Below, piece after piece: positions 23,441 through 34,958 of a DNA stretch of 64,000 nt; position 1 is the stretch's first letter; each line of letters begins with the position of its first letter. Location: NCBI GenBank assembly GCA_046719715.1, contig JBDNCJ010000005.1, positions 876 through 64,875 of the forward strand, in the 5' to 3' direction. The DNA is from Chloroherpetonaceae bacterium (GTDB lineage: Bacteria > Bacteroidota > Chlorobiia > Chlorobiales > Thermochlorobacteraceae). Under the pieces are notes generated by a model. That model was not told where the DNA came from, did not search any database, and saw only the letters and a program-made list of their open reading frames with translations. The position numbers were made by a program, and so were the translations under genes.

Positions 23441-23926
23441 TTACCCTTTCGCAATGATTCGCTCCACAAGGCAAACGGCATGCGCGACAGCGCCGTCTTC
23501 TTTTCCAACGAATCCTAATTTTTCCGAAGTCGTGGCTTTAACGGAAACGGCATCGAGCTCCATCTGCAAGGCGCGGGCGATGTTCTTGCGCATCTGCAAA
23601 ATGTGAGGTGCAATTTTAGGCTTCTCGAGCAAGAGCATGGAATCTACATTGACGGGCTTGTAGCCGTGCTTCTCAACGAGTTTGCCGACTTTTTTGAGGA
23701 GAAGCATGGAGTCGATGTCTTTGTAGGCGGGATTGGTGTTCGGAAAATGTTTGCCGATGTCGCCGAGTGCAAGTGCGCCCAAGAGCGCGTCGCAGATGGC
23801 GTGCAGGAGCACGTCGGCATCGCTGTGTCCGTCTAAGCCTTTGTCGTGGGGAATATCGACGCCGCCGATGATAAGTTTGCGTCCTTCAACAAGCGGGTGA
23901 ATGTCAATACCGATTCCGATTCGCAT
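23441..23926 (-). CDS. ispF: 2-C-methyl-D-erythritol 2,4-cyclodiphosphate synthase
   Basis: [28 protein letters not shown] and DIGKHFP are IspF signatures. Confidence 0.92.
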   Translation of the reverse strand: MRIGIGIDIHPLVEGRKLIIGGVDIPHDKGLDGHSDADVLLHAICDALLGALALGDIGKHFPNTNPAYKDIDSMLLLKKVGKLVEKHGYKPVNVDSMLLLEKPKIAPHILQMRKNIARALQMELDAVSVKATTSEKLGFVGKEDGAVAHAVCLVERIIAKG

Positions 23927-23986
23927 AAATGAGGCGTTAAAGGTTGATGAAGTTGATATGAAAGAGTTGCGTGAAAATAAGGTGAG

Positions 23987-24016
23987 AAAAACGAAAAGCC
24001 ACCGTAGTGCGGTGGC
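23987..24016 (-). terminator. rho-independent terminator after clpP
   Basis: The minus strand reads GCCACCG-cacta-CGGTGGC followed by TTTTCGTTTT, 30 nt after the clpP stop. Confidence 0.5.
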
Positions 24017-24045
24017 GATTCTGCATGGTGCTGTGCGCAGATGAG

Positions 24046-24732
24046 TTATTTTTTCTCGTCTGGTTTCGGGCGTCGCTCGAAAATTTCATCAATTAAGCCG
24101 TAGGATTTGGCTTCGCCGGGCGTCATCCAATTGTCGCGCTCGGCGTCGGTATGAATTTTCTCGGCGGTTTGTCCGGTGTGTTTCGCCATGATTTCTTCGA
24201 GCATGGTGCGCGTTTTTTGAATTTCTTTCGCCATAATCAAGATGTCGGTTTCTTGACCTTGCGCGCCGCCCGAAGGTTGATGAATCATGATACGCGAGTG
24301 CGGAAGCGAGGCACGTTTTCCTTTTTCACCGGCGCAAAGCAGAAACGCGCCCATTGATGCCGCCATGCCAACGCAGACGGTCGAGACAGACGGGCGAATG
24401 AATTGCATCGTATCATACACCCCCAGACCCGCATACACACTGCCGCCGGGCGAATTGATGTAAAGATAAATATCGCGCTCAGGGTCTTCGGACTCCAAGA
24501 AGATGAGTTGCGCTATAATCAGCCCTGCGGAGTGGTCATCGACGACCGTGCCGTAAAAGATGATGCGCTCGCGCAAGAGACGCGAGAAAATATCGAAGGC
24601 GCGCTCGCCGCGTCCCGACGTCTCAACAACCATCGGCACAAGCATGTTGCGCGTTTGATTGATGCTGTTCTCGATGCGCGAATTGAAGAGCTTGTTCGCG
24701 TGATAATCAAATCCAAAGTTGATGTTTGCCAT
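24046..24732 (-). CDS. clpP: ATP-dependent Clp protease proteolytic subunit
   Basis: It contains [17 protein letters not shown], the catalytic-Ser context [11 protein letters not shown] and IMIHQP. The track start is a GTG (24783); I prefer the ATG at 24732. Confidence 0.93.
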   Translation of the reverse strand: MANINFGFDYHANKLFNSRIENSINQTRNMLVPMVVETSGRGERAFDIFSRLLRERIIFYGTVVDDHSAGLIIAQLIFLESEDPERDIYLYINSPGGSVYAGLGVYDTMQFIRPSVSTVCVGMAASMGAFLLCAGEKGKRASLPHSRIMIHQPSGGAQGQETDILIMAKEIQKTRTMLEEIMAKHTGQTAEKIHTDAERDNWMTPGEAKSYGLIDEIFERRPKPDEKK

Positions 24733-24816
24733 TTTTCGGAGAAGGTTGAAATTAAGCTGCCGCTCTGCAACGAATCGTTTCACTGCACAAAGAGCGACAA
24801 AAGAAAAACACAGAGA

Positions 24817-25425
24817 TTAGAAAGAAAATTTAATCGTCGGCGTGCGATACTCGGGCAACTTCGTGCCGTCCCAAGAGGGATAGCGATGTCGATACACGGT
24901 GGCTTGAATGGCTTGCACGGCTTGTGCGTCAAGGTCGTTGTGCTCCCACTTGATTTCTTTAACGCGTCCAGTAGGCAAAACGACGAGTTTGAACGAGACA
25001 TAGCCGCGCACGCCGTCCATTCGGCGTTTTGCCGCTTCAATCGTCGGACGCAGTTCGTCCTCGAGGTCGGCGGTGGCATCGCTCATTTTGTCAATATTGA
25101 CGGGCATCTCGCGCTCAATCACTTTTCCTTCAAGTTCAGGCGGAAGCGTATCGGCGCGGGCTTTGGCGTCTTCTTTGGCTTTAATGGCGGCGAGGCTGTC
25201 GTCTTTTCGCTTTTTCTCGGCGAGCGACGCGTCGTAAAGACGTTTTGCCGCCGCAATGGAATCGCGCCGACGTTGCTCCTCGACGGCGGCTAAATCTTGC
25301 GCTTGCTTCAAATCAATATCGCTTTGATTCTTGCACCCCGAACAGCCGGAACAGCCCGAGAGCGCAAGGCAAATCGCCGCCGAAGCGAGCGTCGCGGAAA
25401 CGAGTGAAATGAAGGTGTGTTTCAT
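24817..25425 (-). CDS. hypothetical lipoprotein
   Basis: The signal peptide has a lipobox (LALSGC). A charged coiled region follows, then a C-terminal beta-rich domain with faint TonB-C-like character. It lies immediately upstream of clpP on the same strand. Confidence 0.5.
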   Translation of the reverse strand: MKHTFISLVSATLASAAICLALSGCSGCSGCKNQSDIDLKQAQDLAAVEEQRRRDSIAAAKRLYDASLAEKKRKDDSLAAIKAKEDAKARADTLPPELEGKVIEREMPVNIDKMSDATADLEDELRPTIEAAKRRMDGVRGYVSFKLVVLPTGRVKEIKWEHNDLDAQAVQAIQATVYRHRYPSWDGTKLPEYRTPTIKFSF

Positions 25426-25543
25426 CTGAAAAAGGTTGGAAAAAAGCATTGCTTGAACAAACGAAGATAAAACAGCGGCACTTCATTTTGAAGTGCTTTT
25501 CTGAAAGATTCTTGAATAAGAAACCTCAGTAAAGCGGGTAAGC

Positions 25544-25579
25544 AAAAAGAGGCGAATCCGCCCGATGCGAATTCGCCTC
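25544..25579 (-). terminator. rho-independent terminator after groEL
   Basis: The minus strand reads GAGGCGAAT-13 nt loop-ATTCGCCTC followed by TTTTTGC, about 30 nt after the groEL stop. Confidence 0.55.
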
Positions 25580-25611
25580 TCTTGAAAAATAACCGCGTGA
25601 GCGAAAGAAGA

Positions 25612-27258
<1,647 letters not shown>

Positions 27259-27301
27259 TTAAGTTTTCAAAATTTTTTTAGAACGATGTTGCAAAAACAG
27301 A

Positions 27302-27589
27302 TTAGTTAAGAATGGCAAAAATGTCGCTCTCGCGCATGATGAGGTATTCTTCGCCATCGACGGTTACTTCGGTGCCAGAATACTTTCCGTAAAGCACTTT
27401 GTCGCCGACTTTCACGCTGGGCTTGATGAGCGTGCCGTTATCGGCGGTTTTGCCCGAACCAATCGCGACGATTTCGCCATGTTGCGGTTTCTCTTTGCCC
27501 GTGTCGGGAATGTAGAGTCCGCCTTTTGTCTTTTCTTCCGCTTGTGCCGCTTTCACAACAACGCGATCCGCCAAAGGTTGAAGTTTCAT
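27302..27589 (-). CDS. groES: co-chaperonin GroES
   Basis: [13 protein letters not shown]...[21 protein letters not shown]. The internal ATG at 27589 gives the normal length of about 95 aa. The longer track ORF (to 27700) would run into the CIRCE site. Confidence 0.95.
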   Translation of the reverse strand: MKLQPLADRVVVKAAQAEEKTKGGLYIPDTGKEKPQHGEIVAIGSGKTADNGTLIKPSVKVGDKVLYGKYSGTEVTVDGEEYLIMRESDIFAILN

Positions 27590-27689
27590 GATAATTTTCC
27601 TCCGAAAGTTTAAGTGTGGTATGATTGTGAGTAAAAATGAATTGAACGACAAACTATGTAAAGCGCTTGAAATAAACCGTGTGAATTTT

Positions 27690-27716
27690 TTAGCACTCAA
27701 ACGAAGAGAGTGCTAA
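27690..27716. promoter_or_regulatory. CIRCE (HrcA operator) inverted repeat
   Basis: TTAGCACTC-aaacgaaga-GAGTGCTAA is a perfect match to the CIRCE consensus TTAGCACTC-N9-GAGTGCTAA. It lies about 100 nt upstream of groES. Confidence 0.85.
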
Positions 27717-27724
27717 AAGTGTTG

Positions 27725-27755
27725 CAAAGATAAATGTTTTTGCGTGCATTGTCAA
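27725..27755 (-). promoter_or_regulatory. candidate groESL promoter
   Basis: The minus strand reads TTGACA-17 nt-TATCTTTG. The element ends 8 nt upstream of CIRCE, so the operator would sit at or just after the transcription start. Confidence 0.4.
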
Positions 27756-27812
27756 GATGTTTGCTGTGCAAGAGGGCGTAATGAAGAGAAAAGAGTGTCG
27801 GGCGGATTGGAT

Positions 27813-28946
27813 TTAAATTGCTAAGGCGGATTCCGCGTCGAAGGCGCGTTTCAAGCATGTTTCCACCGAATCGCCGACCGCAGTGACGTGTCCCATTTTT
27901 CGCCCGATGCGCGATTCGGCTTTACCGTAAAGATGCACGGTTGCGTTGCATACTAACGCCGAAGGAAGCGATTGAAGCGAAACGGGGCGATGGGTTTTTC
28001 CCAACACATTCACCATCACGGCGGCGGGTGAACGCATAGACACGTCGCCAAGTGGGTAGTTCAAAATCGCTCGAATGTGATTTTCAAATTGCGACGTCGT
28101 GCACGCCTCAATCGTGTAATGGCCGGAGTTGTGCGGACGAGGCGCAAGCTCGTTGATTAAAATTTTTCCGTCTTCTTTTACAAACAGTTCAACACCGAAA
28201 ACACCAACGCCCTCAATCGACTCAATCGCGACTTGCGCCAAGTTGCGCGCCGCCCACTCGGTTTCTTCCCCAATCTCGGCGGGGGCTTTCACGATTTTGC
28301 AAATATGATTTTCCTGAATCGTCTCTACAATCGGATACACTTTGACCGATTCATCGCGCGTGCGAGCGACGATGGTGGCGAGTTCTTTTTCAAATTTCAC
28401 AAAGGCTTCCGCCATGAGGGCGCGAGAAGGAAATCCCAACGCCGCCATGGCATCAGGAATATCGGCGGGCGCGTGAATCGTGCGATTGCCGTAGCCGTCG
28501 TAGCCGCCTGTGCGCGATTTGAGCAAAAAGGGGTAGCGATAATGTCGCCCGAAGTCTTCGGCGTCCTCAATCGAATTTATGGGGGCAAAATCGGCAACGG
28601 GCAAGTTGCTATGGCGAAGCGTTTCTTTTTGAACGAGTTTATCTTGAACGAGCGCAATCGTTCGCGAACTCGGAAACACCGACTTGCCCAGCGATTCCAA
28701 ATACTCGAGCACGCTCGGCGCGATGAATTCATTTTCCAAAGTAATGACCGATGCTTGCTCGGCGAACTTGATGAGTTCGGATTGCTCCGACCACTCACCG
28801 ACAAATGAATACGGGGTAACTTGACTTGCAGGGCTATTGGGCGTGCGCTCGTAAATAGCGACCGTCATACCTAAACGAAACGCGCTGTATGCCGACATTC
28901 GCGCTAATTGCCCGCCGCCTAAAATGCCAATTCTAATCGTCTCCAA
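27813..28946 (-). CDS. purK: N5-carboxyaminoimidazole ribonucleotide synthase
   Basis: IGILGGGQLARM, an ATP-grasp core, ELAPRPHNSGH and the C-terminal GRKMGHVT. The start codon appears to be TTG. Confidence 0.88.
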   Translation of the reverse strand: METIRIGILGGGQLARMSAYSAFRLGMTVAIYERTPNSPASQVTPYSFVGEWSEQSELIKFAEQASVITLENEFIAPSVLEYLESLGKSVFPSSRTIALVQDKLVQKETLRHSNLPVADFAPINSIEDAEDFGRHYRYPFLLKSRTGGYDGYGNRTIHAPADIPDAMAALGFPSRALMAEAFVKFEKELATIVARTRDESVKVYPIVETIQENHICKIVKAPAEIGEETEWAARNLAQVAIESIEGVGVFGVELFVKEDGKILINELAPRPHNSGHYTIEACTTSQFENHIRAILNYPLGDVSMRSPAAVMVNVLGKTHRPVSLQSLPSALVCNATVHLYGKAESRIGRKMGHVTAVGDSVETCLKRAFDAESALAI

Positions 28947-28965
28947 GAGTAAAGTTTGGATAAAG

Positions 28966-30003
28966 TTATTTTGCGAGAATCATCTTGCGCATCTCCGACT
29001 GCGTGCCCACCGTTAGTCGATAAAAATACAAGCCGCTTGACAAATTAAATTGAGCCGCATTGAAGATGAGCCGATATGCCCCCGCGCTCTGTCGTGTCTG
29101 AACAAGCGTTGCGACCTTTCTACCAAGCACATCAAAAACTTCCAAGCGAACATCGCTTGCCGCCGAGAGCCGATACGTGAAAGTCGTTGTTGGATTAAAT
29201 GGATTTGGATAATTCTGTGCCAATTCAAATGCAATCGGCACGCTTTGCGGTGCGGAAAGCGGCGGCGTCGAAAGCACAGTAATCTGTCCGGGCAACGTAA
29301 AAGCGGGAACGCCAAATGTGGAAAGGTCAATGCGAACCGTGGGCGTAACGCGCTTGACAATCCATGTGTTTGAGGCGATCCAAGTGGTGTCGGGAATTGA
29401 GAATAGCGGAAGTGGCGGGAACGGCGGCGGCAAAACTTGTGTGCCGACGCTCGTTGTAATCAAAAAGCGTTTTGCATTGGGGAAAGTGCCAAAGGGAACG
29501 CTCACGGTTTGGTCTGAAAGGCGTCTACCGGTTACAGTAATCACAAGCGGAAGCGTGGTATTTGAATCTAAGGGAACGGTAAATGAGCGCGTCAGCAACG
29601 TGTAGTTTTGATTGACGGCTTGGGCGAAGCGGTAAGTCGAATACCAACCGGTCAAGGTTTGGAGCGAATCGGCAAGGGCGGGCGGAAGCGTGCCCAAAGG
29701 AAGTTCGGCGCCAATGTATTGAAAGGCGGTTGAACCGTCTAAACTGACAAACGACGAATCCCCTAAAACGCCGTCAAGCGAGAGAATAACTTTCGCAGGT
29801 CTGCCTTGATAAAATGTGTCGCCAAGCAAGGAGTCGGTCTGTGTGCGTTGTGTGCCGGGAATGACGTTTTGGAGCGTATCCAAGGTGGCGATGCTGTAGT
29901 GCCATGTGTAGACTGGTTGCGCTGGGAAAAAAGACGCGGCAGTTTGTGCCGTTGCACAGAGCGAAGTTGAAACGAAGAGTATAAGTAGAATCCACTGCTT
30001 CAT
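28966..30003 (-). CDS. secreted protein with T9SS C-terminal sorting domain
   Basis: The signal peptide is MKQWILLILFVSTSLCATAQT. The C-terminus QNYPNPFNPTTTFTY...VFDVLGRKVATL...GLYFYRL is a T9SS type A CTD. The passenger domain was not recognised. Confidence 0.7.
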   Translation of the reverse strand: MKQWILLILFVSTSLCATAQTAASFFPAQPVYTWHYSIATLDTLQNVIPGTQRTQTDSLLGDTFYQGRPAKVILSLDGVLGDSSFVSLDGSTAFQYIGAELPLGTLPPALADSLQTLTGWYSTYRFAQAVNQNYTLLTRSFTVPLDSNTTLPLVITVTGRRLSDQTVSVPFGTFPNAKRFLITTSVGTQVLPPPFPPLPLFSIPDTTWIASNTWIVKRVTPTVRIDLSTFGVPAFTLPGQITVLSTPPLSAPQSVPIAFELAQNYPNPFNPTTTFTYRLSAASDVRLEVFDVLGRKVATLVQTRQSAGAYRLIFNAAQFNLSSGLYFYRLTVGTQSEMRKMILAK

Positions 30004-30054
30004 GAGTTCATGGTAATTGCGTTAAGAGGTGATGAGTTTTTGTGTCGAGTGTTC

Positions 30055-32148
30055 TCACGACTTTGCCGAAACTTCGGGCTCTGGGAGCGGTTTTGGTTTG
30101 ACAGCGAGAATTGCGGCTTCATCGACCTCATCAATTTGTTCAGGCGACATAAATTTTTTCGCATACTCTTTGTAGACGCCTGATTTGACGAAGAGATCGA
30201 GCAGGTCGGGGTCTAAGTGATGTTCGGCTTTCATTTTCGCCATGATGTTCATGGATTCGCTGAGCGTTTTGCCTTTCTTGTAGGGGCGGTCGACGGCGGT
30301 GAGGGCTTCGAAGACGTCGGCGATGGCCATGATGCGGGCGGGAATGGACATTTGTTCGCGTCGCAAGCCTTTTGGGTAACCCGTGCCGTCCATTTTTTCG
30401 TGATGTCCGCCGGCGTATTCTGGGACGCGCGCCAAGTTGCGCGGGAAGGGCAGTTCTTCGAGCATTTGGATTGTAACCACGATGTGGTCGTTGATGACTT
30501 TACGCTCTTCGGGTGTCAGCGTGCCGCGGCGAATCGAGAGATTGTAAATTTCTTCGGCACTTAAAAAGTCGCGCTCTTCGCCGTTGAGGAATATCTTCTG
30601 CGCTCCGATTTTAGCGATGCGATTGATTTTTTCGTCAGCCAAGTATTCACCTCCGATATTGACTTGCTCGAGGAAGCGTTCATCGTCGTCAATTTGCGCC
30701 AAGCGTGCTTTGTAATCGGCTTCGAGCGTTTCTTGTGAGATGCCGTTGCGTAGAGATGCGCTGATGTAATGGATGTAAGCATCGCGTCGTAGTATTTCAA
30801 AGCGCGTTTTGATGGTGTGAATGCGGTCGTAAATCGTCTCGAGTTTCGTGGCTTTATCCATCACATGCACGGGCGTGGTTACTTTGCCGCAATCGTGAAG
30901 CCACGCGGCGATATGCAATTCATACCACTGTTCGGGCGTGAGATTGAAATCTTTGAACATTTCTTCTTGCGACAGGCATGCGGCGCGTGCGAGCATTTCG
31001 GTTAGAATCGGCACGCGATTGCAATGCCCGCCCGTGTATGGCGACTTTTTATCAATCGAATCGGCAATCAATTTGATGAACGACTCGAGCAAAATCTTTT
31101 GCTCTTCATAGAGGAGTTTATTTTCATAAGCGATGCCGGCTTGTGAGGCAAGCGAGTAGATAAAGAGTTCGTCGCGTTTTGAGAATGGAAGCACTAAGCC
31201 TTTCCATTCGTCTAAATTTTGGGAGAGCGGCACGCGAAAGTCGCGCTTTTTATTCATGAGTTGAATAACGCCAATCGGATTGCGCTCGCGATTGAGCATG
31301 GGAACGGTGAGCATCGATTTCATTTGATAATTCCACTTTTCATCGAAAGCTCGACCGCCGAAACTATACGGCACGCCGTCGGGAAGATGATAGACGTCGG
31401 GAAGCGTGAGCGGCGCGCGCGATAAGGCGACGTAGCCGACGATGCTTTTCGGCGTAATCGGCATAATGAATCCTTCGAGGGGAATGTTGCGGCTCATGTT
31501 TTTGGCATAGCGAAAGCGCAGTTGCTTATCGGCGAAGTAATCGTATTCGTCGGAGTCGGTATCAGGTTTTTTTTCAACGAAGTAAAGACTGCCGGCATCG
31601 GCGCCTGTCATTTCCATGCAAGAAGTGAGAATCGTATCGAGGAGTTTTTCCGTGTCGCTTTCGTTGGAAAGTGCCGCGCCTAAATCGCTGATGCGTTGTA
31701 GTTCATTCTGCGATTCCGAAAGTTCGTGTTGAAGGAGCGCGAAGCGGTGTTGTTGGCGGAAAAGATGTTCAACCCGATGAAGAAGCATCTTGAATGCGAG
31801 CGGCGTAACCGGCGTCTCGAGAATATCGATCGCCCCAAAGCGATTGATGATTTCCTCCGTGCCGCCGAGTTCGGTAAAATCGTCTTGTGAGCCGAGCGCG
31901 ACAATCGCAAGATTGCGGCGAAGTTCTACTGGAACACGTTGCTTGGCGCGGTGAAGCATCGTTGCATCAACCAAAAGCAAGATATCAACGACGCCCTCGC
32001 CGCGAGCTTGACGCGCACCCAAGTATGCAACGCCTTGTTGGTATCGATGATACTCAAAGGCGTAACTCATGGCTTTCAAACCGGTCTGAGTAATCGTTGC
32101 CGAAAGTCCTACGTCATCGAGAATATGAATCGTTTCGCTGGTCATCAT
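30055..32148 (-). CDS. HD-GYP domain signalling protein with GAF domain
   Basis: HDCGKV and HHEKMDGTGYPKGL are HD-GYP motifs. There is a central GAF-like segment and an N-terminal receiver-like region without an obvious phospho-acceptor context. Confidence 0.8.
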   Translation of the reverse strand: MMTSETIHILDDVGLSATITQTGLKAMSYAFEYHRYQQGVAYLGARQARGEGVVDILLLVDATMLHRAKQRVPVELRRNLAIVALGSQDDFTELGGTEEIINRFGAIDILETPVTPLAFKMLLHRVEHLFRQQHRFALLQHELSESQNELQRISDLGAALSNESDTEKLLDTILTSCMEMTGADAGSLYFVEKKPDTDSDEYDYFADKQLRFRYAKNMSRNIPLEGFIMPITPKSIVGYVALSRAPLTLPDVYHLPDGVPYSFGGRAFDEKWNYQMKSMLTVPMLNRERNPIGVIQLMNKKRDFRVPLSQNLDEWKGLVLPFSKRDELFIYSLASQAGIAYENKLLYEEQKILLESFIKLIADSIDKKSPYTGGHCNRVPILTEMLARAACLSQEEMFKDFNLTPEQWYELHIAAWLHDCGKVTTPVHVMDKATKLETIYDRIHTIKTRFEILRRDAYIHYISASLRNGISQETLEADYKARLAQIDDDERFLEQVNIGGEYLADEKINRIAKIGAQKIFLNGEERDFLSAEEIYNLSIRRGTLTPEERKVINDHIVVTIQMLEELPFPRNLARVPEYAGGHHEKMDGTGYPKGLRREQMSIPARIMAIADVFEALTAVDRPYKKGKTLSESMNIMAKMKAEHHLDPDLLDLFVKSGVYKEYAKKFMSPEQIDEVDEAAILAVKPKPLPEPEVSAKS

Positions 32149-32358
32149 TGATTGGCGAAAAACTTTGCGAGATTTTTTTTGCGAGTCATGTTACAACAAA
32201 CTGGGATTTTCAATCAATCCACAATCGGCGCGCTTGGTGTGGCTGTCTTCAACGAGAAATATAAAAATCTTCTCGTCATTCTTCGAAACTTTTTCACAAT
32301 CTCTGAAATGTTGTGCTAACTTCACGAACTACGATTTATAGAATTTAATTTTGCAAGT

Positions 32359-33321
32359 ATGTCGCAGTTTGCAATCGGCATTGATGTTGGTGCAACGTCC
32401 ATCAAGTTTGCCGCCGTTTCCAAAGCGGGAGAATTTCTTTCCGAAACACATGAGCCGACCGAAGGCGAGAAGGGAAAAGCAACCGTTGTTCAAAATCTCC
32501 TTAAAGGCATTTCAACGCTGATGGACGGGCTTGAGCCGTCGTCGCTCTTGGGTGTGGGTGTGGGTGTGCCGGGCGTCGTCGGCTACGACGGTGTGATTAA
32601 AACACTGACCAACATTCCCGATTGGCACAACTCAAATTTGGCGACGATGTTACAAACGCAAATGAAGGCGAAGTTTGGCGTGGCGCCGCCGATTGGGGTT
32701 GAAAATGACGCGAATGTCGCCGCGCTGGGTGAGTCGGCGTTTGGCGCAGGCAAGCCGTTTAAGGATTTCGTGATGATTACGCTCGGCACTGGCGTCGGCG
32801 GCGGAATTATCTTGAACAAGCAAATTTTTCGCGGCTCGACGGGCGGCGCAGGCGAACTGGGGCACATCACGATTGACTTCAACAGCGACGTCTTGCACGC
32901 TGGCATTCGCGGCTCGATAGAGGGACTCATTGGACATCGCCAAATTACCGCCTTTGCACAGAAATTGCTGTCGCAATCGCCCTCGCCCATCATTGAAAAA
33001 CTGTGTGGTGGCGACCTTTCACGGCTCGAACCCAAAGTGCTTACCGAAGCGGCAAACGCAGGGGATAAGGTCGCCTTGCAAGTGTGGAGATTTGTTGGAG
33101 AAATTCTTGGCGTTGGAATCGGAACACTGGTGTCGGTGTTAGATGTCAGAAAATTTGTGATTGGCGGCGGCGTTGCAGGCGCGGGCGATTTCGTCTTGAA
33201 GCCGACGTTCAATCAAGCCAAACGCTTTTCGCTCGAAGCCATGCACGACGGATTGGAAATTCTGCCCGCTCAACTCGGAAACCGCGCTGGCGTCATGGGG
33301 GCGGCGGCACTGTGTTTTTAG
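32359..33321 (+). CDS. ROK-family sugar kinase (glucokinase-like)
   Basis: IGIDVGATSIKFA, GVGVPG, ENDANVAALGE and GGAGELGH are ROK signatures. Confidence 0.85.
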   Translation: MSQFAIGIDVGATSIKFAAVSKAGEFLSETHEPTEGEKGKATVVQNLLKGISTLMDGLEPSSLLGVGVGVPGVVGYDGVIKTLTNIPDWHNSNLATMLQTQMKAKFGVAPPIGVENDANVAALGESAFGAGKPFKDFVMITLGTGVGGGIILNKQIFRGSTGGAGELGHITIDFNSDVLHAGIRGSIEGLIGHRQITAFAQKLLSQSPSPIIEKLCGGDLSRLEPKVLTEAANAGDKVALQVWRFVGEILGVGIGTLVSVLDVRKFVIGGGVAGAGDFVLKPTFNQAKRFSLEAMHDGLEILPAQLGNRAGVMGAAALCF

Positions 33322-33330
33322 CGACCGTCT

Positions 33331-33765
33331 ATGAAATTCATCTTGCTTCTCAATCTTGCCTCAACGCTCTTTATGACGGGCGTAATTTGGTTTGTGCAAG
33401 TGGTGCACTATCCGCTCTTCAGCCGCGTCGGCACGGAAACGTTCGCGATATATGAATCCATGCATGCGACGCTCACCACGCTGGTCGTGTTTCCTGCCAT
33501 GATGCTTGAACTCCTTTCGGCTGGACTCCTGCTCCTCAATCACAAAGAGGACTGGCGACTATGGGCGGGGCTTTTCCTGCTCCTCGTGATTTGGATTTCG
33601 ACTATGTTCGTCCAAGTGCCCAAGCACAGCGAATTGAGCACGGGATTCAACGCCGCTGTGCATGCGTCGCTGGTCGCCACGAATTGGATTCGCACCGTTG
33701 CATGGAGCGTGAGAAGCCTCCTGATGCTGTGGGTGGTGGCTGAGATGATAAAGGATAATGGTTGA
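33331..33765 (+). CDS. hypothetical membrane protein (DUF1772-like)
   Basis: 144 aa with four predicted TM helices. The layout resembles the DUF1772 / anthrone-oxygenase-like family, but this assignment is tentative. Confidence 0.5.
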   Translation: MKFILLLNLASTLFMTGVIWFVQVVHYPLFSRVGTETFAIYESMHATLTTLVVFPAMMLELLSAGLLLLNHKEDWRLWAGLFLLLVIWISTMFVQVPKHSELSTGFNAAVHASLVATNWIRTVAWSVRSLLMLWVVAEMIKDNG

Positions 33766-33985
33766 ATCAACCGACAAGCCATACCCGCACCATACCATGC
33801 CGACATTTCACGATGAGGAACTCGCACTGCTTTCCAATCCGCGTTTCTTTGAACAAAAATTACAAGCGACAGAAAAATTGAAACAACTTATGGAAGAGAT
33901 TCGACCACAAGGCTTGCTGGCGCCGCGCACGACGGATTTTCTGAAAGGGCAAATCGCCAAAGGACAAAAAAGATGCTGTTCGTGA
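33758..33985 (+). CDS. hypothetical protein
   Basis: 75-aa ORF with an ATG start overlapping the upstream stop by 8 nt. No motif was recognised. It may be a fragment. Confidence 0.3.
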   Translation: MVESTDKPYPHHTMPTFHDEELALLSNPRFFEQKLQATEKLKQLMEEIRPQGLLAPRTTDFLKGQIAKGQKRCCS

Positions 33986-34046
33986 AATAAGGTTTTGGTA
34001 AATTCAGTTTCAACGTATCGCCGTCAACTTAAACGCATTTTGAAGT

Positions 34047-34307
34047 ATGTTCGGATTAGGATTTCAGGAACTTCTCATCATTTTCATCATCATTTTGCTG
34101 CTCTTTGGCGCAAAGAAACTGCCTGAACTCGCGCGCGGCTTGGGCAAAGGGATTAACGAGTTCAAACGCGCTCAACAAGGCTTAGAGGAAGAAATTAAAA
34201 ACACTTCAAACGACAAGCCCGCCGGCGAAAAGGAACTCGCCGAAAAAATCAGCCGAATGAGCGACGAAGACAAAGCCAAACTGGCTGAACTGTTGAGCAA
34301 AAAGTAA
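34047..34307 (+). CDS. tatA: twin-arginine translocase TatA/E
   Basis: [40 protein letters not shown] is the TatA signature. Confidence 0.88.
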   Translation: MFGLGFQELLIIFIIILLLFGAKKLPELARGLGKGINEFKRAQQGLEEEIKNTSNDKPAGEKELAEKISRMSDEDKAKLAELLSKK

Positions 34308-34523
34308 GTTTTCTTGTTGGAGTGAAACCAAAGAAGGCGAGCCAGCACACTCGTCTTTTATACTCAGATGAAAAAGTGAAGACTTAAAGTGAAGACTTAT
34401 AAATGCAGGACTCAATCGCGTTAAAGCCATGCTTGAAAATACTTTTGAGAGAAAACATAAGTGGTATGTGGAAAAGACCGTTTGGCATGGTCAAGCCGAA
34501 CTGAAAAGGGAAACCGAGTTGAT

Positions 34524-34958
34524 CTAAAAGTTTATCGATAAACTGGGCAAATCGTTAGAACCCTTGTTTTCAGAGCCGCTGAAAACTTCATGAATCGCTC
34601 TCAAAGCGCGCCGCCAAGTGAATCGCTTCACACAACTGATATCGATTTGCTCAATAACTTGAAAGTTTTCGTCCAGCACAAAGTAGTCTGTCTTTCTCAA
34701 ACTAATTCCAGAAGGGGTTTTAGTCGAGTATTCGTGAATCATACAGTAATAATGCTCCGCGTTAATGGTTAAATCAGACCAGTCTTCTTCCTCATAACTA
34801 TCAGGCTTTAAGAGAACTTTCGTCAGGTGAAGGCGTATTGCCTTGCGAACCTGCTCTTTTGGAGAGATTCCGCTTTTCTGTTCTATCGCTTGCGCGGTAA
34901 CGACAATGGTGGCAACGCAGAAAGAAATGGTACTAAAAAGTAGTGTCTTAAGTTTCAT
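34524..34958 (-). CDS. hypothetical secreted protein, AT-rich
   Basis: The internal ATG at 34958 gives the signal peptide MKLKTLLFSTISFCVATIVVTAQA. The gene has low GC content and no recognised family. Confidence 0.45.
   Translation of the reverse strand: MKLKTLLFSTISFCVATIVVTAQAIEQKSGISPKEQVRKAIRLHLTKVLLKPDSYEEEDWSDLTINAEHYYCMIHEYSTKTPSGISLRKTDYFVLDENFQVIEQIDISCVKRFTWRRALRAIHEVFSGSENKGSNDLPSLSINF

Noticed and set aside
24403-25293. 296-aa plus-strand ORF
   Set aside because: It is antisense to clpP and the upstream lipoprotein gene, and its composition is typical of shadow frames.
32551-32570. ggtgtgggtgtgggtgtgcc hexanucleotide-like repeat
   Set aside because: It encodes the conserved GVGVGVPG glycine-rich loop of the ROK kinase, so it is coding-driven repetition.
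34372-34397. Perfect tandem duplication of aaagtgaagactt (2 x 13 bp)
   Set aside because: There are only two copies and no spacer architecture, so it is neither a CRISPR array nor a satellite. It is noted within the AT-rich island finding.
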